64,000 nucleotides of DNA, from positions 1 through 64,000 of the forward strand of contig CAWDLW010000025.1 of the NCBI GenBank assembly GCA_963803145.1, in the 5' to 3' direction. Shown piece by piece: positions 19,982 to 30,601 of this stretch. The translations under genes and the position numbers were made by a program. The DNA comes from Methanotrichaceae archaeon (GTDB taxonomy: Archaea; Halobacteriota; Methanosarcinia; Methanotrichales; Methanotrichaceae). Numbering within the stretch: position 1 is the stretch's first letter; each line of letters begins with the position of its first letter. Under the pieces are notes generated by a model that was not told the DNA's origin, did no database searches, and saw nothing but the letters and a program-made list of their open reading frames with translations.

Positions 19982-21292
19982 ATGGATCTTGAAGGCTATG
20001 CCAAAAGGGGTCTGAGAAAAAACGACCCAGACATTAGGTCAAAGCTCACAGCCAGAATTCTTGAAGTAAAGGATATATCTGAAAGCCAGGCCGATCTCCT
20101 GGCTAAAGCGGTACTTGAGGAGGCAAAGGCCACCCTGAACCCCAAGGGTGAGGTCTTCGAACTCCAGGACTCTGGAGTCACCATGGGTGATTTTGGTGTA
20201 GGCTCGCGAGGTTCAGGCGACTTTTACACGCATACCAAGATCGCAGAGGTCATCGGCAGAACGGATGCTGTAGTGGATTCCTCTCAATTGGACGACTCAG
20301 GGGTTGTGAAGGCTGGCGGACAGTTCGTAGTTGTAACCGTCGATGGAATGCACTCAAGGCTGAGCGATTATCCATTCCTCGCGGGCTTTCACGTAACACG
20401 AGCAGCTCTTCGCGATATCTACGTAATGGGCGCAAAGCCTGTTGCTCTTTTGTCTGACATTCATCTTGCCGATGATGGAGATGTCTCAAAGCTCTTCGAC
20501 CATATCGCGGGCATAGCCACCGTCTCTGAGCTTACCGGCGTTCCACTGATCACTGGCAGCACTCTGCGCATAGGCGGGGATATGGTCATAGGAGACCGGC
20601 TCACGGGCTGTGTCGGATCTGTAGGCGTCTCAAATAGACTCACTCCACGGAAGGATGCTGCACCTGGAGATGTAATAATGATGACTGAAGGAGCCGGCGG
20701 AGGAACAATCTGTGCAGCAGCGCTTTATTACGGCTGGCATGATATCGTCGATGAGACATTGAATATCAAGTTCCTCAAAGCGAGCGAAGCACTGCTCGCA
20801 AAGGATCTCACAATCCATGCCATGACAGATGTGACAAATGGCGGCATTCGCGGAGACGCGAAAGAAATCGCTTACACAGCAGGCGTGAAGCTCGTCTTCG
20901 AAGAGGATAAGATGCGTCGGCTTGTCAATCCTCGTGTTCTTAAAATGCTTGAGGCTCTTGAGATCGATTACCTCGGCGTATCTATAGATGCCCTCCTCAT
21001 AATAGCTCCTGAAGAGGAATCGCGCAATATCGCCAGGACAATAGAAGAAGCGGGAGTCTCGATAGATATTGTGGGCAGAGTCGAGAAGGGCAGCGGTGCT
21101 GAGCTGCATATCGGTAATAAGGCAACGGATTTTGCTCCGAGGTTCAGGGAGTCGGCCTATACCCCCATAAAAAAGACCATCGGGCAGGATGCAAAGAGGG
21201 ATGTATCCATGATGAAGCGTGAGGTGGATCTTGCGAGCCTCAGAGCTGTTGCGAAAAAAAGGAAGTTTGTAGAGATGATAAAGAATAGTTAA
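19982..21292 (+). CDS. AIR synthase-related (PurM/HypE-like) protein
   Basis: LDDSGVV, VDGMHSRLS, LRDIYVMGAKP, AMTDVTNGGIRGD. Confidence 0.85.
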   Translation: MDLEGYAKRGLRKNDPDIRSKLTARILEVKDISESQADLLAKAVLEEAKATLNPKGEVFELQDSGVTMGDFGVGSRGSGDFYTHTKIAEVIGRTDAVVDSSQLDDSGVVKAGGQFVVVTVDGMHSRLSDYPFLAGFHVTRAALRDIYVMGAKPVALLSDIHLADDGDVSKLFDHIAGIATVSELTGVPLITGSTLRIGGDMVIGDRLTGCVGSVGVSNRLTPRKDAAPGDVIMMTEGAGGGTICAAALYYGWHDIVDETLNIKFLKASEALLAKDLTIHAMTDVTNGGIRGDAKEIAYTAGVKLVFEEDKMRRLVNPRVLKMLEALEIDYLGVSIDALLIIAPEEESRNIARTIEEAGVSIDIVGRVEKGSGAELHIGNKATDFAPRFRESAYTPIKKTIGQDAKRDVSMMKREVDLASLRAVAKKRKFVEMIKNS

Positions 21293-21434
21293 CTCAAATT
21301 TTAACACAGTGATTAATTAAATCGGGTTTACCGATTCTAGTAATAATAGTAGTTATTTATTTAACAGAAATAAACTATTTATACTATAAAGTTATCTTTC
21401 TTGTATAAGGGATAATTAAGGGAGTAGATTATCG

Positions 21435-21815
21435 ATGAAGGAATCTTTTGTAATGAGGTTCGACGAGAAGGATATCGAGGTTGTTGAGACTCTCAGGAGC
21501 CTGGGAGTTCCGAGAAAGGTATCAAATATGCTTGCCTATCTTGCAAACGGCATCGAGGCAACATCCCGCGAGATTGAAAGAGGATCCGATCTTCGTCAGC
21601 CTGAGGTTAGCATTGCACTACGAACGCTGCGTAAGCACAACTGGATCGAAGAGAAGATGAGCAAAAGCGATGGCACTGGAAGGCCCATGAAGGTGTATAA
21701 GCTTAGCACACCCATTGAGGAAATACTTCACTTTTACGAGCAAGAAAAGATGAACGAGGCCAATAGGGCAATGCAATCTATCCAAAGGCTAAAGACTCTG
21801 CTGATAGAAGCATGA
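21435..21815 (+). CDS. HTH transcriptional regulator (COG4738-like)
   Basis: SREIERGSDLRQPEVSIALRTL...GRPMKVY. Confidence 0.85.
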   Translation: MKESFVMRFDEKDIEVVETLRSLGVPRKVSNMLAYLANGIEATSREIERGSDLRQPEVSIALRTLRKHNWIEEKMSKSDGTGRPMKVYKLSTPIEEILHFYEQEKMNEANRAMQSIQRLKTLLIEA

Positions 21816-22144
21816 TTGCTCACCTGATGAAATATTTTATATCTTTATTTAATTTCATCAATGGTGTAAGGAAATCGTGCACCCAACTAGTTATTATTTT
21901 TTCCTGGATTTATCTGCCCAAATATAGATGGGCCGAGTCTACATACAACTGTTAGAAATTTTTTTTCACGATGAAGATATATAGAGGAAGTGAACAATAT
22001 TTATTAGGTTGATTTGAAGTTCGATTCCAGGCACACTCACATTGAGCCGTTAGCTGGTCATCATCTGATTGGAATAAATCTAAACCGATACAGGTGATCA
22101 TATGCAATCGGAACTTTAATTGACAATCATTAGGTTGTGATCTC

Positions 22145-22642
22145 TTGGCAATAGTTGAGGAAGAAATTCATAAGGCATACCTGAATAAGCTTGTTGGCGA
22201 GGATGGCGTACGTATAGTTGAGAATATACCGTGTGATGAGATAACTGATGAGCGCTTGGCTGAGATGACTGGTATCAGCCTGAACACAGTTAGGCGCACA
22301 TTATATCTTCTCTATGAGCATAGGCTGGCTGTATACAGACGCAAACGAGACCCTGATTCTGGCTGGCTTACATACCTATGGCAGCTGTGTCCTGAAAACT
22401 TTGATAAAGCACTTCAGTCAGAGGCAAAGAGGCTTCTCCGGAAGCTCGAAGAGAGATTGGATTACGAGAAGAACAATATATTCTACGCCTGTACTGATGG
22501 CTGCGCGAGATTTATCTTTGACGAGGCAAGTGAAGCAAACTTCATCTGTCCGTTCTGCCAGAGCAGCCTCGAGTATATGGAGAACGCTAAGGTCGTGGAG
22601 ACGATAGAGCGGCAGATAAATGATCTCCAGACCTGTCTATAA
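22145..22642 (+). CDS. tfe: Transcription factor E alpha
   Basis: TDERLAE.TGI.LNTVRRTLY.LYE, RDPDSGWLTYLW, Zn ribbon CTDGC...CPFC. Confidence 0.9.
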   Translation: MAIVEEEIHKAYLNKLVGEDGVRIVENIPCDEITDERLAEMTGISLNTVRRTLYLLYEHRLAVYRRKRDPDSGWLTYLWQLCPENFDKALQSEAKRLLRKLEERLDYEKNNIFYACTDGCARFIFDEASEANFICPFCQSSLEYMENAKVVETIERQINDLQTCL

Positions 22643-23038
22643 ATTTTCTAAGTTATTATTCAATACAGCGGTCCACCACCACCGTGCCATATCTACCAGG
22701 TCGCGGCTGAACATCCCCGAGAGCTTATACTCGCCGCCTTTGTTGCTTATGAGGCCTGCTCCTAAGAGCTTATTTCTCATAGCATAGAATGCAGACCTGC
22801 TCACTTCTAGCTCCTCAAGGAGACGATTCCATTCATTCGTCTTCAGAGGATCCCCACTACTCTGTCGCTCCTCAATAATCGCCAGGAACTTTCTACCTCT
22901 GTGGGCAGTGGTCTCGTCCTGAAAAAGCCTGAGCATAAGCTCATTATAGGGGTCTCGCGATCTTGTCACGGCATAATCGGACTTGGACCTAATCTTTAGT
23001 GTCGTTGCAGTGCGATGGGCAGATTTAACTGCGGTCAT
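22637..23038 (-). CDS. Conserved archaeal HTH-like protein
   Basis: VSRSAFYAMRNKLLGAGLI; overlaps the upstream gene as in an operon. Confidence 0.7.
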   Translation of the reverse strand: MTAVKSAHRTATTLKIRSKSDYAVTRSRDPYNELMLRLFQDETTAHRGRKFLAIIEERQSSGDPLKTNEWNRLLEELEVSRSAFYAMRNKLLGAGLISNKGGEYKLSGMFSRDLVDMARWWWTAVLNNNLENL

Positions 23039-23348
23039 GTGAAATAGGGCCTAAAAGCACCAATTTAGCTATATCTGCATATTCCTTTCGGAGAATATAC
23101 GTCTTCGGAGACCTATATGAGATCTTGTTTACATGAAGAATTCCCAGGCGCGAGCAGATATAACCTATCATTGAGGCTACTACCTTCTTGGATACATCGA
23201 ACTGCTTGCTGACAGTATCATAGAGGGAGTTCACAGTGAACTCACCGATTTCAACAATCGACTGCAGAATAAACCGCCTTAGCCCGTGTGTATCCATATC
23301 AAGAAAATTTAGCAGGCGGCTCATTATTTCATGCTGCTGTGATCTCAT
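23025..23348 (-). CDS. DUF2551 family protein
   Basis: RL..FL..D..GLRR..L...VASMIGYICSRLGIL; methanogen-conserved pattern. Confidence 0.75.
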   Translation of the reverse strand: MRSQQHEIMSRLLNFLDMDTHGLRRFILQSIVEIGEFTVNSLYDTVSKQFDVSKKVVASMIGYICSRLGILHVNKISYRSPKTYILRKEYADIAKLVLLGPISHDRS

Positions 23349-23537
23349 TCCACCCTCCAGACTACGCCCCTAATAATTAATGATAATTTATTAGCATTTG
23401 CAATATATACTTTGCCATGTAGCGTATCTATGTCTTTGTACTTATACCTGTACTTATACCATCGCCCTAGATACACGTGTTTAAGCCTAAACTCACATAG
23501 GCTCTGGCAATAAAGATCTTGCGGCCATTGGAGGAAA

Positions 23538-24266
23538 ATGGTATCTGATAAACCGGATGAGAGGAAAACCTATCGCCTAAGCAAGGGTGAATATGAAGAG
23601 GCACTGGAGGCAATCGCGAAGGCTGCTGGGGATGAACTATACGACGCTGCAAATTGGCTTCGCAAAGGCATATCCCTCAGGAGGTCAGGCAGGTATGAAG
23701 ATGCCATCGATGCTTTGGATAGGGCGATAGAATTAGAGCCGTCAAATGCAGATTCCTGGAGAAACCGAGGAGTAGCCCTCAATAATTTGGGAAGATATGC
23801 TGAGGCTCTAGAGTCGTGCGATAAGGCCATATCAATAGATCCCTCCAACGCGAGGACTTGGATAGTCAGAGGCTTTTCACTCCATAGCTTGGGCAGATAT
23901 GAGGACGCAATCGCCGCTTACGCGAGAGCGATAGAGCTGAATCCTTTTGGGGCGGATGGAAGGCGAGCCTGGAACAACCGCGGGGCTGCACTGGATAACC
24001 TGAGAAGGCACGAGGAGGCGATAGAAAGCTACGACGAGGCGATCATGATCGACCCATTTGATATCTATGCCTGGAACAACAAGGGTGTCGCGCTCGGCGC
24101 AGTTAGCAAGCATGAGGAGGCACTAAAGTGCTTTGAGAAGGCTTCACAGATAGAGCCGTCTTATGCTACTGCCTATAAGAACAAAGGCATCTCCCTGAAA
24201 GCACTTGGTCGCGTCGAAGAGGCGGATGAGGCGTTTCAGAGGGCCAGGGATTTGGGATTGGAATAA
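23538..24266 (+). CDS. TPR-repeat protein
   Basis: Six W..RG..L..LGRY.EA...Y..AI.LDP repeats. Confidence 0.9.
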   Translation: MVSDKPDERKTYRLSKGEYEEALEAIAKAAGDELYDAANWLRKGISLRRSGRYEDAIDALDRAIELEPSNADSWRNRGVALNNLGRYAEALESCDKAISIDPSNARTWIVRGFSLHSLGRYEDAIAAYARAIELNPFGADGRRAWNNRGAALDNLRRHEEAIESYDEAIMIDPFDIYAWNNKGVALGAVSKHEEALKCFEKASQIEPSYATAYKNKGISLKALGRVEEADEAFQRARDLGLE

Positions 24267-24345
24267 CGCTTCGAAGAAAAATAAGATGGACCCGAATCGG
24301 TAGTCTACCATAATTGAGTTGATGAATCCCGCCTCCTCATTCGCG

Positions 24346-24379
24346 CTCTTTGTGGCTTCGCGCGAGCCCCTCATTTCAC
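24346..24379 (+). repeat. 34-bp direct repeat, left copy (31/34 identical to 27656-27689)
   Basis: CTCTTTGTGGCTTCGCGCGAGCCCCTCATTTCAC vs CTCTTCGCGGCTTCGCGCGAGGCCCTCATTTCAC. Confidence 0.7.
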
Positions 24380-24940
24380 GCAAAGCCACGAAGTTCAAGG
24401 GGGTTATTCCTGGGTCCGCTTAGCCGCTTTCATGGTTTATATGTTCATCAACATAGAAGAGTAGATGACCTGAAAGTTCAGGCCGCAAAAAGCTTGGACT
24501 TCACCGGTATCAAACTTTACCATCTGAACATAAGCCAAGTCTTAGCCAACTTTACAGCGCTCTAATTCCGGAGTGCCCGCGAGTCGCTTCGCTCCCGCGC
24601 TAGCTGTTTATGGGGCTGTCGCTCAATCGCCGCGACGGGCTAACGCCCTCCGGGACGGCTCACACGAGGAGTGACAGGCAGGTTAGTTGACTACCTGCAT
24701 TATTGTACTGTAATTTCTGATTTCCATAATAATCAGAAATAATGGTCGATAGCATTGAGTCATTTATGCTTATGGCTGGTTATGCAAGAGATCTAAGTAT
24801 ATAAATCACAGCACAAATGGATATTATTGATCCTATTTTATTAACATAATATAGGCGGACTGCCCGCAAGAAACCAACGAAGGAAATAAGTATAAAAATA
24901 ATAGTGCTAACTAGTTGGGGTATAGGAGGTATTTAGGCAA

Positions 24941-26620
24941 ATGCATCTCGCATTTATATGGACAATGATACTCTTTATGATAATTGTCCCAGCCCTTGGA
25001 GGGGAACTATCAAGAAACCTTGGAGAAGAGAACCTGAGCACATCCCATAATGCACTTCTAATTACTGGAAATGAATCCCGAGAGATAGGTCCGGATCTCT
25101 CCGGCTACATCTCTGAGGGCCGCACTCTTCCAAAGGTGGTTGTAAATACATCTTGCGGCAGGATCGCGGGCCTAAGGAACAGGGATGGACTTTTGGTCTT
25201 CCTGGGCGTTCCCTATGCCAGAGCGCCCACCGGAGATCTCAGATTCAGGCCGCCCGAGGAGCCAGAGCCCTGGCAAAATATCTACCCAGCTTTCAGTTTC
25301 GGGCCTGTGTCTCCGCAGACTTTGGACGAATATGAGCCGGCCTCGGCCCAATTCCAGGATGAAGACTGTCTTAGACTGAATGTCTGGACGCCTGGGGCAG
25401 ATGATAAGCGCCGCACGGTTCTGGTTTTCATTCATGGGGGAGCATTCATCCTGGGAGCCTCATCCGATCCTAACTATGATGGTGCAGCCTTTGCCCGTCG
25501 TGGAGACATAGTTGTGGTCACCATCAATTACCGGCTCGGAGCTCTGGGATTCCTCGACTTGGCGCAGCTTGGGGAGAATAACACAGGTAGCGGAAACCAG
25601 GGCCTACTGGACCAGATAGCAGCCCTGCGATGGGTGCAGAAGAACATACGACAGCTGGGAGGAGATCCAGAGAATGTGACCATCATGGGTGAATCCGCGG
25701 GCAGCATCAGCGTCTCGACACTGATGGCGGTGCCAGAAGCCAGAGGGCTCTTTAAAAGGGCCATTGCCGAGAGCGGCGCCCCTAATCTATGCCGTTCACC
25801 CAAATTTGCGGAGAATGTCACTGAACGGTTCATGGCTCTGGCCGGGGCCAAGGATGCGAAAGATCTGCGCAAGATGAACACTTCCCAGATCATGAAGATC
25901 CAAAAGAAGCTCATGACAGAGCTAGGAGTGGGAGCGGACAGGATCTTTGCCCCGGTCATAGATGGAAAGATAATACCCATGAACCCATTGGATGCCCTGG
26001 CTGGGGGAGCTGCAGCCAATGTATCTCTGCTTCATGGCACCACCCACGATGAAGCTAGATACTGGTTGCTATATCAACCTCTCCTGAAGTTGTCCACTCC
26101 GGAGGATTTACTGAGCTTCGATTCCCAGATCAATGACTCTCTGGGAGACAGAAGAAATGACCTCATCGATTACTATAAAAAGAGCTTTGCTGGACCTGGA
26201 AATGCATCCCTAGCCATGGCCACGGACATTATCTTCTGGCTGCCGCACCTTCGCCTATCTGAGGCACAGAGCCAATGGGCTAAGGTTTGGATGTACCGCT
26301 TTGACTGGGCCTCACCCTATGCCTCAGGCCAACTGGGAGCTTACCATGCCGTGGAGCTGCCCTTTGTATTCCACAACTATGATACTCCTGAGGCAAAGAA
26401 TGCTATGGGCACCAATTCTCCGGCAGATCTGAAGAGAATACAGGACTTCTGGATTGCCTTCATCAGAACTGGAGATCCCAATATCCAGGGCATGCCTCAC
26501 TGGGGCTGCTATAACGCTATGACCAGAGAGACCATGATCTTTGATGCGAAGAATAGCATCCAGAAAGACCCCAGCCATGAGGTAAGGATGCTCTATAAAG
26601 GGACTGGGCTGTATCCTTGA
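24941..26620 (+). CDS. Secreted type-B carboxylesterase (pNB-esterase family)
   Basis: FLGVPYA, EDCLRLNVW, FIHGGAF, GESAG catalytic Ser, GAYHAVEL; signal peptide. Confidence 0.93.
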   Translation: MHLAFIWTMILFMIIVPALGGELSRNLGEENLSTSHNALLITGNESREIGPDLSGYISEGRTLPKVVVNTSCGRIAGLRNRDGLLVFLGVPYARAPTGDLRFRPPEEPEPWQNIYPAFSFGPVSPQTLDEYEPASAQFQDEDCLRLNVWTPGADDKRRTVLVFIHGGAFILGASSDPNYDGAAFARRGDIVVVTINYRLGALGFLDLAQLGENNTGSGNQGLLDQIAALRWVQKNIRQLGGDPENVTIMGESAGSISVSTLMAVPEARGLFKRAIAESGAPNLCRSPKFAENVTERFMALAGAKDAKDLRKMNTSQIMKIQKKLMTELGVGADRIFAPVIDGKIIPMNPLDALAGGAAANVSLLHGTTHDEARYWLLYQPLLKLSTPEDLLSFDSQINDSLGDRRNDLIDYYKKSFAGPGNASLAMATDIIFWLPHLRLSEAQSQWAKVWMYRFDWASPYASGQLGAYHAVELPFVFHNYDTPEAKNAMGTNSPADLKRIQDFWIAFIRTGDPNIQGMPHWGCYNAMTRETMIFDAKNSIQKDPSHEVRMLYKGTGLYP

Positions 26621-27027
26621 GATAATCTTGGCGCAGCAGCGGAGGATTTGACTCAAACAGCAGGCTTTAGAGAAATAGCTAACTGGGTCAGTGCTGCTTG
26701 ACCAGATCTTTTTCTCTCATATATGTTAACCAATATATCTTTAGAGCTTTCTTTTCTATCATCCGATAATTCTTTTTCGTACTCGACTATGGACTTGATT
26801 AAGCCCTGATCAAAGAAGATCTATTATTGGATAAACCAACAGGCTATGGCGGGCATGTATCCCTGAACCCGAGAAGGAAAACCGATATCGATAGAATTCA
26901 TTAAAAGTCCCTAAAGAATAGGAACGCTTGGGGAAGGCGTGATGCCTTCGGATAATAGATCTTTATAAGGAGTAACAACCTTGAAATATACGCAAGACCG
27001 TGTTATGTGATAACAGAGGCGCAATCG

Positions 27028-27174
27028 ATGGCTAGAGAGATGATCAAAAATCAGCTTCCTTTTGGGGGCGCTGTTGATATACATGGCAATATCGTTTGGC
27101 GCGTTACCGAAGAGGAATTTCAAGAGCTGAAGAGGCACCTAGATAATGTCTTCAGCGATGATGGCGAGCATTAA
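27028..27174 (+). CDS. 48-aa ORF overlapping the PIN gene start (candidate antitoxin)
   Basis: MAREMIKNQLPFGGAVDIHGNIVWRVTEEEFQELKRHLDNVFSDDGEH*; GAGG SD; acidic C-terminus. Confidence 0.5.
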   Translation: MAREMIKNQLPFGGAVDIHGNIVWRVTEEEFQELKRHLDNVFSDDGEH

Positions 27175-27655
27175 GGTATCTATAGATTCTGATATCTTCT
27201 TTTTTTGCTTCACATCCAATAGGCCCGGAATTAAGCCAGCGAATGTGAAGCGGCTACTGCAACACATATGCGGAGTTCCTCGTATCGAAGCATTTGCATC
27301 CCTTTCAGTCATTGGCGAAAGCACTATTGAGTGCCTTATAGGAGAACAAACAGGCGATTTTCAACATGATCTAAGCAAACTGCATGATCTTATTGATTTC
27401 TGGGGCGCTTTGCGGCTCAAATTCCTTTATCCCAACGAGCTTGTCGCTGATGCGTGTTCCCGACTTGTCGAAAGATACAGAAAAGGGTCTTATAGGGATT
27501 CTAGGCTTAGCGATACGGACCTTGTTCATCTGGGCTATGCCATAGCTTATAATATGGATTACTTTCTGACCACCGATAAGGCATTGAAGCATTATATCCC
27601 AGCCAAATCTGATCTGAAGGTTATTGGCCTAGAAGAGACTAAAGATCTTCCCTAA
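27161..27655 (+). CDS. PIN-domain (VapC-like) ribonuclease
   Basis: VSIDSDIF, TDLVHLGYAI, YFLTTDKAL acidic PIN motifs. Confidence 0.75.
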   Translation: MASIKVSIDSDIFFFCFTSNRPGIKPANVKRLLQHICGVPRIEAFASLSVIGESTIECLIGEQTGDFQHDLSKLHDLIDFWGALRLKFLYPNELVADACSRLVERYRKGSYRDSRLSDTDLVHLGYAIAYNMDYFLTTDKALKHYIPAKSDLKVIGLEETKDLP

Positions 27656-27680
27656 CTCTTCGCGGCTTCGCGCGAGGCCC

Positions 27681-28190
27681 TCATTTCACTCGAAGTTCCT
27701 TCGCAATCTCCTGTGCCAGAGATTCGCGATTCTCCTTTGTAACCGTAATCACCTTGAAGGATCTCCTGACCTTTTTAGCTATGGGATGCTGGGACCATTC
27801 CTGAATAACAACAAGCATATTCTTATCTGAGACTATAGCCCTCTCTATAGCTGCGATGAATCTTCTCGACGATAGCTCCATCGGCCCAATCTCATCTACA
27901 ACTATCAGATCGCAGTTTACGGCGTTTTCGATCGCCCGTGCACCTATGTTATCCAGGTCGTCGAGATGGACGCGGTATTTTCCGAGCTGAGGCCCGGTGC
28001 CCGCCTCATCTGCAAGAATGCCTGTTGCTCCTGATGCGAGATCCAAAAGCTCAAATCCAACGCGCCGATCTTTAAACCTTTTATCGCGAGCCAGCACACC
28101 GCCTACAATGCCTCCGTAAAGGGCGGCGATTTTCTGTACAAGCGTGGATTTGCCCACGCCCGGATGGCCTGTCAATGCTATCCTTATTAT
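27681..28190 (-). CDS. Nucleoside triphosphatase (THEP1/COG1618)
   Basis: IRIALTGHPGVGKST, RVGFEL, IVVDEIGPMEL; probable ATA start at 28190. Confidence 0.9.
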   Translation of the reverse strand: MIRIALTGHPGVGKSTLVQKIAALYGGIVGGVLARDKRFKDRRVGFELLDLASGATGILADEAGTGPQLGKYRVHLDDLDNIGARAIENAVNCDLIVVDEIGPMELSSRRFIAAIERAIVSDKNMLVVIQEWSQHPIAKKVRRSFKVITVTKENRESLAQEIAKELRVK

Positions 28191-28305
28191 CCGACCTCAC
28201 CTCAGATACCGATAACTTAGGTGGAGATATTAATAATATCGATGTCAGTTCGTCAAGCTATTATATAATCAATGATGATGCCCTTTAATATTTCCTACAT
28301 CTTAT

Positions 28306-28725
28306 CTAGGGCTTGGAAGCATGTATCGCACGCATTCTCTCAACGTAGTAATCCAGGCTCTCCACATCTTTTATCTCCTTCCTGACAAGCCGTTTCAGCC
28401 TGCTCCTGATATCCATATCGGCGCGCGAGCCGACTGAACGTAAGTGTTGCTCTATGTTCAGGGCCATCTCCTCGCCCTTCTCGTCCCAATCCGTGAGCAT
28501 TATTATCTGCGAATAGCTTCTGGCTGCGTCCTCTGCCAGATCCAGAGCAGGCCTGTGGGATGCCATCATCACAGGGCCTTTAATTCCAAGAGATCGAAGT
28601 GCAGACTCATCATGCCGGCCTTCGACAATTATCACAGCGCCCTCTATTGATGCATCCTGTAAAGATACGATAAGTTCTTCGAGTGCCTCGTAATCGTAAG
28701 TCTTCTTTTGACGATTATCCTGCAT
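28306..28725 (-). CDS. Toprim-domain protein (UPF0292-like)
   Basis: IIVEGRHD, LTDWDEKG. Confidence 0.85.
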   Translation of the reverse strand: MQDNRQKKTYDYEALEELIVSLQDASIEGAVIIVEGRHDESALRSLGIKGPVMMASHRPALDLAEDAARSYSQIIMLTDWDEKGEEMALNIEQHLRSVGSRADMDIRSRLKRLVRKEIKDVESLDYYVERMRAIHASKP

Positions 28726-28749
28726 CCTTCCTCAGGTTGAATCATTTAT

Positions 28750-29058
28750 CTACTCAGGCTTCAGCAGCGATAAAGCCCTATTCAAATCCAGCCCTTTAAT
28801 CAAGAGCACTTTCCTCGCGCTCTTCTGGCCGCTCATGATCTCTACATCGCCCTCAGGGATACTCAAAATCTCAGCTACGGCAGATATGAGCTGGCGATTT
28901 GCCTTCCCGCCTGTTGGCTCTTCAGTGAGCCTTGCCTCAAATGCCTTCCTCCAAGGGTTGAAGCCGGATGGCACAACCAGCCTGGATGCACCCGGCGAGA
29001 CATCGAACCTGATGATCAGACCCTTTGGATGAGACTGGATCGCATCCCTGAAATCCAT
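28750..29058 (-). CDS. DUF167/UPF0235 family protein
   Basis: VSPGA, EEPTGGKANRQL, SGQKSARKVL. Confidence 0.85.
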   Translation of the reverse strand: MDFRDAIQSHPKGLIIRFDVSPGASRLVVPSGFNPWRKAFEARLTEEPTGGKANRQLISAVAEILSIPEGDVEIMSGQKSARKVLLIKGLDLNRALSLLKPE

Positions 29059-29238
29059 GATTCATTGGGCGCACTCATGACCTTAAAGCTTATCCGTCCT
29101 AAAACGATGGTAGAAACGCATCTGGCAAGTTGTGTCGGCGAACTGTCTTACTGAATAACTTCAACCTGATGGTGTTTTATTTGGAGTTTTGCCTGCAAAA
29201 AGTTAAAATAGCTAAGCCGCGAAAGGATGTGAGGTTCA

Positions 29239-30582
29239 ATGCAAATCAAGCAAGTCGTGATCCTGTCTGATGAGTCGCAGGCGTTGAATGTTACTCTTCC
29301 AGGCTTGGAGCAGCTTGGCTTGCAAATATGCGATAGCTTTTCTCCTAATTCCAAAGGAAGCCTTATTATATGCAATCACGGTTTTGAGTCAACCTCATCG
29401 GGAGCAGCGATAATACGTCATGCCCTAAATAATGGATGCTGTGTTTTGATGGATTTAGCTAGGGCGCAAGGAGTATTTGATGAAATAAGGCAGACGGGCG
29501 AAGTATCAGAGGAGACTCGAAGGAACCTTGCATCATATGCGCTCTACAAGTGTATAGAGAGCGATGCCCGCCATCTGGCGGCACTTCAAAGCAAAAGTGG
29601 CATGCCTATCTACGCCGTAGCTGCATATGAGAAGATACAGGACATGAGATATGGCGAGAACTGGCATCAGAGGGCTGCCGTTTATAAAAGTGAGAATGGC
29701 CTTGGGCTGTATAATGCAAAGAAGCTAAACGGCAAAGAGATGTCCTACAATAATTTCGTTGATGCTGAGACTGTTCTCGAAATGCTTATAGATCTTTCTC
29801 AGTATGATGGTGTGAAGACAGATAGGCCCCTATCAGTTATTGTTAAACATGCCAACCCATGTGGCGTTGCTTACGGCACAAGTCTCGAAGAGGCATATCT
29901 CAAATCCTTTGCCACAGATCCTAAATCTTCTTTTGGAGGCGTGATAGGCTTCAACCAGCCTGTTGATATAAATACAGCAAATGCGATAGGCGATTCATTT
30001 GTCGAGGTGCTTCTTGCCCCGGGGTATGAGCAGGATGCATTGAAGCGTCTTACAGATAAGAAGCCTAACCGTAGGATACTGGATATCGGGGACCTCCTTA
30101 ATAGGAAGGATGAGCTTTACAGCGGCTTTTACCAAAAAAACATCTTTGGCGGCATGATGCTCCAGGATTACGACACTGGCGATATAAAGGAGTGGAAGGT
30201 TGTGACAAAACGAGAGCCTTCGGAGTCCGAGGTGAAGGCGCTCAGGTTTGCCTGGAAGATCGCCAAGTATGTAAAGTCCAATGCGCTTGTATATACGACT
30301 GAGGATCAGACTATAGGAATAGGATCTGGTCAGGTCAGCCGTGTAGATTCAGCCCGCTTCGGTGCGGAGAAGGCTGAGGAGCATTGTTTGAGTACGCTGG
30401 GAACTGTCGCTGCCACAGACTCTTTCTTCCCCTTCCGTGATGGCCTTGATGAGGTCCACAAAGCGGGCGCTACCGCAGCTATTCATCCAGGGGGGTCAAT
30501 CAGAGATGGGGAGGTTATCGATGCTGCTGATGAGCATGGTATGGCAATGGTCTTCACGGGTATGCGGCACTTCAGGCATTGA
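29239..30582 (+). CDS. purH: AICAR transformylase (PurH-like, degenerate N-terminal domain)
   Basis: [55 protein letters not shown]. Confidence 0.9.
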   Translation: MQIKQVVILSDESQALNVTLPGLEQLGLQICDSFSPNSKGSLIICNHGFESTSSGAAIIRHALNNGCCVLMDLARAQGVFDEIRQTGEVSEETRRNLASYALYKCIESDARHLAALQSKSGMPIYAVAAYEKIQDMRYGENWHQRAAVYKSENGLGLYNAKKLNGKEMSYNNFVDAETVLEMLIDLSQYDGVKTDRPLSVIVKHANPCGVAYGTSLEEAYLKSFATDPKSSFGGVIGFNQPVDINTANAIGDSFVEVLLAPGYEQDALKRLTDKKPNRRILDIGDLLNRKDELYSGFYQKNIFGGMMLQDYDTGDIKEWKVVTKREPSESEVKALRFAWKIAKYVKSNALVYTTEDQTIGIGSGQVSRVDSARFGAEKAEEHCLSTLGTVAATDSFFPFRDGLDEVHKAGATAAIHPGGSIRDGEVIDAADEHGMAMVFTGMRHFRH

Positions 30583-30601
30583 TTTAGCCGTTAAGCCGAT
30601 C

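Noticed and set aside
20630-21307. Long antisense ORFs (e.g. 20630-21307, 25528-26019, 43489-43971)
   Set aside because: Shadow or alternate frames overlapping well-supported genes
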